From: Candidatus Latescibacterota bacterium
GTDB taxonomy: Bacteria > Latescibacterota > UBA2968 > SICM01
Assembly: GCA_965217865.1 (NCBI GenBank)
Contig: CBDCJO010000002.1
Span: 5,632,001-5,696,000 of the forward strand
Direction: 5' to 3'
DNA: 64,000 nt
The position numbers were made by a program, and so were the translations under genes. Positions 51,843-59,878 of this stretch are shown in pieces; the first letter of the stretch is position 1; the number at the start of each line of letters is the position of its first letter. Below the pieces are notes generated by a model that made no database searches, was not told the DNA's origin, and worked only from the letters and a program-made list of their open reading frames with translations.

Positions 51843-52727
51843 ATGGCAAAGCGCAAAGTCGTTCTCACGGGCGGGGCAGGATATGTCGCCGGCCGAATGC
51901 TTCCTGAACTTCGAAAACGCTACGACCTGACACTCCTCGATATCAAGACAAAAAACCGCGATGGTGAAGAGGTTGAGGGCGTCAATATAGCCGATCTTGT
52001 CAACAACGACAGGGAAGGATACAGAGGACATTTTCGCGGTGCCGATGCAGTGATCCACTGTGGATGGATCAGACACTCAGAACCGGGAGATAATTTCTGG
52101 GTCGAAAGGGACAACATCACCATGGCCTATAATGTCTACCAGACTTCCCTTGAGGAAAGCGTCCGGCGCGTGGTGGTCATCAGCTCCAATCATGCTGCGG
52201 ACTTCTACGAGCGATTGATCTGGTCGGATCAGATGGGCTACGATGTAACCCCTGACCTGCCTCCCCTCTCTGATAATTTCTACGGATGGGGCAAGGCGGC
52301 CTATGAACTTCTGGGATTCGTCTTCGCCAGCGGAGGAGCGACCCGGGACCACCTGTCCCACTTTAAACTGGGAGGCCATCCGGGGCTTCAAAATGTTCAG
52401 ATCCGGATCGGATCACCCAAGGAGAAAATAATCCTCGCCTGCGAGCCGGACGATTTGAAAACCTTTCACCGTTACCTGGGGGCCTATTTGAGTGCCCGGG
52501 ACCAGGTACAGCTCATCGTGAAGAGCATCGAGACCGAAAACATCGAGAACGAACACGGGGTGCCGTTTCAAATATTTTATGGGATCAGCGGAAATACCCA
52601 CAGCTTCTGGAACATCACCAACGCCCGGAAAGTGATCGGATATGCGCCGCAGGACGACAGCCAGATTAGATTCTCAGAAAAGGTTACGGAAATCATCACC
52701 GCCGCGAAAAAAGAAGGGCAACACTAA
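51843..52727 (+). CDS. NAD-dependent epimerase/dehydrogenase (uronate dehydrogenase-like SDR)
   Basis: TGGAGYVA, SSNHA, YGWGK (YxxxK), IGYAPQDD. Confidence 0.85.
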   Translation: MAKRKVVLTGGAGYVAGRMLPELRKRYDLTLLDIKTKNRDGEEVEGVNIADLVNNDREGYRGHFRGADAVIHCGWIRHSEPGDNFWVERDNITMAYNVYQTSLEESVRRVVVISSNHAADFYERLIWSDQMGYDVTPDLPPLSDNFYGWGKAAYELLGFVFASGGATRDHLSHFKLGGHPGLQNVQIRIGSPKEKIILACEPDDLKTFHRYLGAYLSARDQVQLIVKSIETENIENEHGVPFQIFYGISGNTHSFWNITNARKVIGYAPQDDSQIRFSEKVTEIITAAKKEGQH

Positions 52728-52736
52728 CCAATCGAC

Positions 52737-53957
52737 TTGTCCCCCCAAATATCTCATAGAGCATTGGCGCTTGTCGAATCACCGACCCTTGCCCTTTTTG
52801 CCAGGGTAAATGACCTCAAGGCGAAAGGCCAAGATGTCATCGAGTTTTATATCGGCGAGCCTGATTTCGGAATCCCGCCAAACGTAGCATCATCCATAAA
52901 AGACGCGATTGACCTGGGTAAAACCAACTATACACACCAGGCCGGCCTTCCGGAACTGAGAGAGGCGATCTCCGCCTATTACGATGCGCAGTTCGGTTTG
53001 AAGTTCGCCATAGATGATATCGTAGTGACCGCGGGGCCCAAAGATACGATCTACAAGTTGATGGGCACAATCGTAGACCCGGGTGATAAAGTCATCGTTA
53101 TGGATCCCCACTGGGAGGCTTATGGGGAGCAGGTCGGTTTCTTCGAAGGCTGTAATATTTTTGTACCTCGAGACAGGGATGATCTGAGCTACAGGCTCGA
53201 CTATCTCGAGGATGCCTTGCGGCAAAGGCCGAAGGCCCTGGTCCTCAACGATCCGGACAACCCGACCGGATACAAGGCGGGAACCGAGGAACTGGAGGCG
53301 ATCGCCGCCATGGCGAAAAGGTACGGTGTGATTGTCCTCTCCGATGAGATCTACTGGTTGCACTGCTATGATACAGAGTTCAAAAGCATCGCACATTTTT
53401 ATCCGGAGGGAACCATCGTACTGAGCGGAGTCTCCAAGGCCTGGGCGGGGACCGGTTTAAGGCTGGGATTCGCCATGTTTCCCGAAGAACTGCGCCACGT
53501 TTCAGGTTACATGTCCAGGTTCACCGGCCAGGCCTCGTCAAGCGTCAACACGCCGACTCAATGGGGGTTTTGCGAGGCGTTCTCCAACCCGGCGACCAGG
53601 ATATGGGAGAGGAAGATGGTGGAAGAGTTCAAAAGCAGAAGGGACATCGTAGAAGAAATCATAGGGGATATGTTGGGATATGCGCTTGGAGGGGCTTTCT
53701 ATGCCGCGCCGAAAACCCCGATTAACGGGCTGGAATTTTCTGAGAGACTGCTGCGGGAAGAACACGTGTGCGTCCTCCCTTTATCGACACTTACCTCAGG
53801 CGATCATGGATATTTCGAAGATAGGGTGAGGATCGCGTACGTAACCGATAAAGAGACATTAAAAGAGGGATTGTCCAGATTCAGGAGATTTTCGGAATCC
53901 ATAACCTCTCCGAAGAAACAAGAATTTACCGAAGAGACGAAGCGGATTTCCGGTTAA
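52737..53957 (+). CDS. PLP-dependent aminotransferase class I/II (aspartate aminotransferase-like)
   Basis: IGEPDF, GLPELREAI, NDPDNPTG, SDEIY, SKAWAGTGLRLG. Confidence 0.93.
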   Translation: MSPQISHRALALVESPTLALFARVNDLKAKGQDVIEFYIGEPDFGIPPNVASSIKDAIDLGKTNYTHQAGLPELREAISAYYDAQFGLKFAIDDIVVTAGPKDTIYKLMGTIVDPGDKVIVMDPHWEAYGEQVGFFEGCNIFVPRDRDDLSYRLDYLEDALRQRPKALVLNDPDNPTGYKAGTEELEAIAAMAKRYGVIVLSDEIYWLHCYDTEFKSIAHFYPEGTIVLSGVSKAWAGTGLRLGFAMFPEELRHVSGYMSRFTGQASSSVNTPTQWGFCEAFSNPATRIWERKMVEEFKSRRDIVEEIIGDMLGYALGGAFYAAPKTPINGLEFSERLLREEHVCVLPLSTLTSGDHGYFEDRVRIAYVTDKETLKEGLSRFRRFSESITSPKKQEFTEETKRISG

Positions 53958-53966
53958 GATGGGGGC

Positions 53967-55157
53967 GTGTCCTTGGGAAGCCGCACGTCATCGGCGCGAG
54001 TGATCACGGCAGGATGTTTCTTCGCCCTCTTCCTCTTCGGTTTTGAGGACAACCTGAAGGGTCCCACCCTACCCCTCCTCCTTCGGGACCTCAACTTCAC
54101 CTACTCGTCGGTAGGAACGATCCTCCTGGGCGGAGCCCTTGGATTCTTAACGTCTGTCCTTCTGACGGGCGCGCTTTCCGATATCATCGGTAAAAAACCC
54201 GTAATATTCGTCGCTTCGGTCGCCCTCTTCATCGGTGTAGCGACATACACCGGTTTCAGTTCATTCTGGACATTATTCCTGGGTATGATCGTCATAGGAT
54301 TTGGTTTTGGTTCACTGGAGATCGGAGGGCATGCGATTGTCATCGATATCCATCACGGGGAGAAGGGGAAATACCTCAACCTTTTGTCGTTTTCTTACGG
54401 GGTCGGTGCGATTACCGCTTCCCAGTTCGCAGGTTGGTTGGTTGCCGGGGGATTCGGTTGGCGCGAGGTCTATCGGCTCAGCGTTATACCTGTGGTTCTG
54501 CTTACTATCTATTTCTTGTTTGTCAAATACACCGACGATAAAACATCAACACCCGGGGGTTTGGATTTCAGGAAGATCGGTCGATCGGCCTTTTCCTGGA
54601 GGATGGTGACCTTATATTTCCTGATGAGTTCGAGTACCGCCATCGAAACAGGCCTGAGTTCCTGGATCGTTGAGTTCCTTCAAAAAGTTAAATATCAGTC
54701 AATCCTTCAAAGCTCGACGTTTCTGTCCCTTTTCTTTGCCTTCCTGACTGCCGGGAGATTATTCGGGAGCCTCCTGGTTGAGGGAATCGGTTACATTCGG
54801 ATCATGCTTTACGCCGCCATCGCTTCAGTTGTCTGTGTCTCCGTGGGCACATTCGCCCCGGTTGAAACAGTCTTCTTACTTCCGTTGACTGGATTCTTTA
54901 TCTCGATCATGTTCCCCACCATAACCGCAACGGTCTCGGATCTCCACAGTCAGAATGTCGGTACGGTTTTAGGCCTCCTTTTTGCCTTCGCCGGACTCGG
55001 AGCGATGCTCGGTCCGTGGGCAGTCGGAGTTTTTAGCGATCTTTTAGGGATACATCTGGGTTTTGGCGTGAATCTTGTCTTTTGCCTGGCCATGGTCATC
55101 TTACTGTTAATGCTTTTCCTAACCGGGGAGAAGACGGAAGCGCCAAAAGCGGCTTGA
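53967..55157 (+). CDS. MFS transporter (FucP/TsgA-like)
   Basis: About 12 TM helices; GALSDIIGKK motif A. Confidence 0.9.
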   Translation: MSLGSRTSSARVITAGCFFALFLFGFEDNLKGPTLPLLLRDLNFTYSSVGTILLGGALGFLTSVLLTGALSDIIGKKPVIFVASVALFIGVATYTGFSSFWTLFLGMIVIGFGFGSLEIGGHAIVIDIHHGEKGKYLNLLSFSYGVGAITASQFAGWLVAGGFGWREVYRLSVIPVVLLTIYFLFVKYTDDKTSTPGGLDFRKIGRSAFSWRMVTLYFLMSSSTAIETGLSSWIVEFLQKVKYQSILQSSTFLSLFFAFLTAGRLFGSLLVEGIGYIRIMLYAAIASVVCVSVGTFAPVETVFLLPLTGFFISIMFPTITATVSDLHSQNVGTVLGLLFAFAGLGAMLGPWAVGVFSDLLGIHLGFGVNLVFCLAMVILLLMLFLTGEKTEAPKAA

Positions 55158-55675
55158 CCTTGTTACTGTTTTACTGTCAAACGAAAGATCAACATATTCA
55201 GTTCAGAAACAAACTCTCGTGACAAGCCGACCCCGGTGGATCATTCCCTCGGGGTTTTCGATTTTACGAGTTCCGCTCAAGGCCATCGGCGCGAGGGAGA
55301 GGGATCATTTTCTTACGCCTACGAGCCAGCCACTCTTATAAATGCCAGAAATAGAACTCAATTTTCCACGCGCGTGGAAAATTGGTCAAGCCATAAGGAT
55401 ACTCTTGCCTCCGCCAAGGTCCGTTAGAATTATTTAATCTATTGTAATATATGAGTTAACATGCTTCCGCTCTTTCCGTTTCCCTTCCATTTCCATCAAT
55501 TTTACTCCTATTTCCTGCCATTACCGGAGAAATCTTCCTTTCCCGCCTTTTGTTGAAAGATTTATCAGATTTTAATCAAAGTTACAATTATATTGCATAA
55601 TAACGATATTATTTTAAATAATCCTTGATTAATTTATTAAATTGAATCATATTTTATAAAATTAGGAGAACTGAT

Positions 55676-56056
55676 ATGCGAAAATTGATTGAACATTGCC
55701 CCGCATGCGGTGGTGAGCTACTTGTGACCCAGATGAGTTGTGCGTCCTGTGAAACGGTCATTCAGGGTCGGTATAAGCCATGTAATTTCTGTCACTTATC
55801 CCCTGAAAGCCTCCTCTTCCTCGAAAGCTTCGTCAGGAACCGGGGAAATGTGAAGGAGATGGAACGGGAGCTGGAGGTTTCCTATTCAACCGTCCGGGGA
55901 AAACTTAATGAGGTTATCCAGGAGATGGGCTTCGAGATCAAACCTGTGGAGTACGAGGAGACAATTTCCCGCAGGAGGGAGATCCTGGACCAGCTCGATC
56001 GGGGAGAGATTAAGGCCACCGAAGCTTCGGAGATGATTTCGCAGCTAAATCAATAG
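55676..56056 (+). CDS. DUF2089 family protein (Zn ribbon + HTH + SHOCT-like tail)
   Basis: CPACG...CASCET, GNVKEMERELEVSYSTVRGKL, RREILDQLDRGEI. Confidence 0.92.
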   Translation: MRKLIEHCPACGGELLVTQMSCASCETVIQGRYKPCNFCHLSPESLLFLESFVRNRGNVKEMERELEVSYSTVRGKLNEVIQEMGFEIKPVEYEETISRRREILDQLDRGEIKATEASEMISQLNQ

Positions 56057-56097
56057 AGAAGGCCTTTTGATTACCCCTTTTGGAATAGGAGCTCCAA

Positions 56098-56406
56098 ATG
56101 AAGGAAGAACGAATCAAGATCCTGCGGATGGTTGCCGAGGGCAAGATCACCCCGGAAGAAGGGGAGCAGCTTATGGATGCACTCGATGGAGGAAAACAGG
56201 AAAAAGCCCGCCCCAATGCCTCACATACAACGAAATTGTCGTTCGAGAAAACCTTTGAAAATATGTTTGGCATGAAGTGGCCTTTTGAGGAAGAAACCCA
56301 TTTCGATATTATGGATGGTGATCCGAAATGGCCTTTTGGTGAGGGCGGTCCATTTGGTCGTGAGGTTCCGTTCGCTAAAAAAAAGAATAGAAAGGACACT
56401 CCGTGA
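56098..56406 (+). CDS. SHOCT-like domain protein
   Basis: MKEERIKILRMVAEGKITPEEGEQLMDAL. Confidence 0.8.
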   Translation: MKEERIKILRMVAEGKITPEEGEQLMDALDGGKQEKARPNASHTTKLSFEKTFENMFGMKWPFEEETHFDIMDGDPKWPFGEGGPFGREVPFAKKKNRKDTP

Positions 56407-56768
56407 GCGAAGAACGCACCAAGATCCTGAAGATGCTCGAAGAGGGAAAGATCACCGTTGATGAGGCAACAAAACTCATCGAAGCCGTAGACGACATCGG
56501 GTCATCAAATCAAGGGAAATCAGGGGATAAGGCGAGATTTGTTCGCGTCCGGATATGGGATGACGGCGGGGAGAAAGTCAAAGTGAACGTCCCCCTTGCT
56601 CTTGCCAGAACCGTCTTCCGCGCTATTCCCCCATCTGCGCGTCAGCAGATCGACCTGCATGGGGTGGATCTCGAACAACTCCTGAACGGGGTCATGGATA
56701 ACCTGAAACCCGGAAAACTCGTCGAGATTCAGGACGGAGGGAAGGGCGTGGAGGTGGTCATTGAGTGA
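56403..56768 (+). CDS. SHOCT-like domain protein (DUF2089-associated)
   Basis: SEERTKILKMLEEGKITVDEATKLIEAV...KVKVNVPL...VEVVIE. Confidence 0.85.
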   Translation: MSEERTKILKMLEEGKITVDEATKLIEAVDDIGSSNQGKSGDKARFVRVRIWDDGGEKVKVNVPLALARTVFRAIPPSARQQIDLHGVDLEQLLNGVMDNLKPGKLVEIQDGGKGVEVVIE

Positions 56769-57576
56769 AGGCCTTCGAACACAACAGGCGAACCGGGTCC
56801 TGAACGCCATCAACCGAGGCGAGATCTCGGCGACCCAGGGTCTGAAGGCCCTTCAGTTTTCACGGCTGGAAAAATCCCGGGGACGAACCTGGCTTACCCT
56901 CTGGCTCCGATTCGACTTTAGGACGCGAGAACGAGAAATCCGGCTCTTGATACCTCTCATTGCTATCGGTCCATTAATTCTTTTTCGGAATTATGCACTT
57001 GACAAAGGCGAGTCTTTCTTCGCCTTAATCAAGCGTGGTCACTATGGCGTTTTTCATCAGCTTAGCAAGAGACACTTGCAGCGATATTTAGCTGAAAAGT
57101 CAACAGGAACTTGCCGCGTGGCAAGTATACATAAATATAGGTATTTTTTCTGGAAGCGCAACTAATTAATAACCGAAATCGCCATGCCCAAACAGCAACC
57201 CAAACAGCAAGAAAGTCAGGACACTGAAGCTGTCCTGCGGATAGCCCTCAATACACTCCCGCCAAAGCCCAAGAAAAAGAAACGGCCACAAGGCAAAAAG
57301 GCCAAGTGACCGGGGGATGTTCTGAACGGGTCTTATCTGATTCAGTCAATTATTGTGCTTTGTAAAGTGCATAATTCCGTTCTTTTTTTCTTCATCGCCT
57401 TCCTTCCTCTTGCGGCATTGGGGGTGATATTCCTTAGGAGACACGAAATCTGGGGCACTTTTGGGCGGATCCTCATGGTCATATTCAGCCTGTCAAAGGC
57501 CCTTCTTTTCTATGGACGCGGAATGGGTGTCCGGGTGAAAGACCGAGAAACTGAGGTAGGGTTCTGGTTGTCGTAG
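56761..57576 (+). pseudogene. SHOCT-like membrane protein (137 aa reconstructed) interrupted by an IS1595 derivative
   Basis: Removing 56986-57387 joins ...LIAIGPLILF to FFIAFLPLAALGVIF... in frame. Confidence 0.8.
56986..57379 (+). mobile_element. Internally deleted IS1595-family element, 394 bp
   Basis: TIR CGGAATTATGCACTT(G/T)ACAAAG at both ends; 8-bp TSD TTCTTTTT at 56978-56985 and 57380-57387; transposase remnant ESFFALIKRGHYGVFHQLSKRHLQRYLAE. Confidence 0.92.
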
Positions 57577-57596
57577 CGTTCAAAAAAGGGGCTGAC

Positions 57597-59654
57597 ATGA
57601 ACGAAGATCGGATCAATATCCTACACATGGTCGCCGATGGCAAGATCAACGCCGAGGAGGGGGATCAACTTCTGGAGGCGTTTGACCAAGAGGGACCAAA
57701 CACCCTTTCACAATCCCTTTCCGGTGATAAGAAGAACGGTGAGGACGCTAATCCTTTTTCACAGGAGAGGTTTGGGAAGGAAGGGATATTCGGATGGTTG
57801 TTTGGAGAGGGAGGGCTTTGGGGAGGAGGGCGTCAATTCCAGACAGAAGAATCGCGAACCCTTGATGCGAGGGGCTATTCCTTGGTAACCTTGGAAAATA
57901 CGAACGGAAACATCGTTGTCGAAGGCGTTGAGGGGGACTCTTTAGTTATGCACGTCGTTAAGAAGGTAAAAGCCCTCTCGAAAGAGGATGCGAAGGAACG
58001 CCTCGACGCAATCCGGATATCCGTTCTGGAAGAGAAGCCTTCGATCACCATCACGACTGACGCCTCGAACCTAAAATCCACGAGAAACTACAGCGTAGAC
58101 TATCGCATACATGCCCCGAAGAAAATGGCTGAGACGATTGGAAATAGGAATGGAAATATCTCAGTCTCAGACGTCGATGCGAGGGAAGCACGAATTGTCC
58201 GTCGTTTGCGTCGGAAGCAGTGGTGCAGTCAGGTCAAGCCTATGATGTCTGGGGGAAACATCCACTACGAGATGAGTGGGAAGGCCGAGGCGATCACGTG
58301 TGGGGGGATCGGCGCGTTTCACCACCTGGTCCGCAGGGTTGGGCTGGTGAAAGAGATTGACCGTCATCTTCATCTTTTGAAAGTGCATTTGCCCTGTCAC
58401 GAATCAGACCACGTTCTGAACATCGCCTACAATGCGCTGGTTGGTGGTCAACGCCTTGAAGACATTGAGCTGCGCCGGCAGGATGCCACGTTCCTGAACG
58501 CTTTGGGCGCTCAGCGTCTCCCGGATCCGGCCACAGCAGGCGACTTTACACGTCGTTTCCGGCCATCGGATATCGAGACGTTGATGGATTGCATCAACCG
58601 GGTGCGCACCCGGATCTGGAAAAAGCGCGCCAGGGGCGAACTCAAAGAAGCCCTCATCGACATCGACGGCACCCTGGCCACCACTCTCGGAGAACGCAAG
58701 CAGGGCATGGCCCTGTCATACAACGGTATCTGGGGATACCATCCTCTCGTGGTCTCTCTGGCGAACACCAGGGAGGTGTTGTTTCTTGTGAATCGACCCG
58801 GCAATGTGCCCAGCCACGACGGTGCCGTAAAGTGGATCGATCGCGCCATCGCGCTGGTCGCCCCTTTCGCCAAACGCATCTGCCTGCGCGGAGACACCGG
58901 CTTCTCACTCACCCGGCACTTCGATCGTTGGTCGGAAAAGGTCGACTTCGTCTTCGGCATGGATGCTTACCGGGGATTGGTCAAGATCGCCAAATCCCTG
59001 TCACAGAGCGATTGGGAGCCCTTTGAACGACAACCCAAATACCAGGTCAAGACCTCCCAGAGACAGAAACGCGAGAACGTGAAAGCCCGGATCATCCGGG
59101 AGCGCGGCTTCAAAAACATCCGACTTGCCAGTGAACGTGTTGCCGGGGTTTCGTATCGTCCTGCTCGATGCAGGAAGACCTGTCGACTCGTGATCCTCGA
59201 AAAGAACCTGAGCGTCGAACGCGGCGAAAACGCCCTGTTCGATGACAAGCGCTGTTTCTTCTACATTACCACCCGAAAAGATCTTACGGCCGCGGAAATC
59301 GTGAGGCTGGCCAATCGACGGTGCGATCAGGAAAACGTGATTGAACAACTCAAGAACGGGGTCAACGCCATGCGGATGCCCGTCGACAACCTGATGAGCA
59401 ACTGGGCTTACATGGTCATGACCGCCCTGGCGTGGAACCTCAAAGCCTGGTTCGCGTTGATGATCCGAAAGCGTGAGCGTCGCGATCAACTTCTGAGAAT
59501 GGAGTTTCGCGCCTTCCTCCAGAATCTGATCTGGATCCCTTGCCAGATCGTGACCCGGGGAAGACAGATCATCTATCGTGTCTTGGGCTACAACCGGTGG
59601 ATGACTGACTTCTTCCCGGCCTGGAACAGAATCAGATGGCTCAAACCGGCCTGA
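57597..59654 (+). CDS. In-frame fusion of a SHOCT + truncated DUF4097 protein with an IS1380-family transposase
   Basis: About 195 aa of NEDRINILHMVADGKI...ENTNGNIVVEG...NRNGNISVSDV, then HESDHVLNIAYN, IDIDGT, RGDTGFS, QENVIEQLKNG. Confidence 0.88.
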   Translation: MNEDRINILHMVADGKINAEEGDQLLEAFDQEGPNTLSQSLSGDKKNGEDANPFSQERFGKEGIFGWLFGEGGLWGGGRQFQTEESRTLDARGYSLVTLENTNGNIVVEGVEGDSLVMHVVKKVKALSKEDAKERLDAIRISVLEEKPSITITTDASNLKSTRNYSVDYRIHAPKKMAETIGNRNGNISVSDVDAREARIVRRLRRKQWCSQVKPMMSGGNIHYEMSGKAEAITCGGIGAFHHLVRRVGLVKEIDRHLHLLKVHLPCHESDHVLNIAYNALVGGQRLEDIELRRQDATFLNALGAQRLPDPATAGDFTRRFRPSDIETLMDCINRVRTRIWKKRARGELKEALIDIDGTLATTLGERKQGMALSYNGIWGYHPLVVSLANTREVLFLVNRPGNVPSHDGAVKWIDRAIALVAPFAKRICLRGDTGFSLTRHFDRWSEKVDFVFGMDAYRGLVKIAKSLSQSDWEPFERQPKYQVKTSQRQKRENVKARIIRERGFKNIRLASERVAGVSYRPARCRKTCRLVILEKNLSVERGENALFDDKRCFFYITTRKDLTAAEIVRLANRRCDQENVIEQLKNGVNAMRMPVDNLMSNWAYMVMTALAWNLKAWFALMIRKRERRDQLLRMEFRAFLQNLIWIPCQIVTRGRQIIYRVLGYNRWMTDFFPAWNRIRWLKPA

Positions 59655-59864
59655 CTGCCATGTCAGCACCTGTCGTCGTAACATCACAGGGACAAGTCCG
59701 TCCACCCCGGCTAAAACACGTCCGCAAACTCAGTTAATTAGACAATCGCATGCCGAAACAATCACAAAAACAGCCCAGACATCATCTCCACCAAGTCACA
59801 AGTCTGAAATGCTCCGAAATCTTGTATAACACACCGCTCAACAAGCCTATTCGCTTATTTTAGG
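58180..59864 (+). mobile_element. IS1380-family element lacking its left end
   Basis: DDE transposase body; probable right end CGCTTATTTTAGG next to ACTAG. No matching left end at the fusion junction; the left boundary is approximate. Confidence 0.8.
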
Positions 59865-59878
59865 ACTAGTGGGGTGTC

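Noticed and set aside
55215-55430. Hairpin CTCGTGA...CCCCG/CGGGG...TTACGAG as an ncRNA, and the 63-aa ORF
   Set aside because: Only one imperfect hairpin, no recognisable family motif and no RBS for the ORF.
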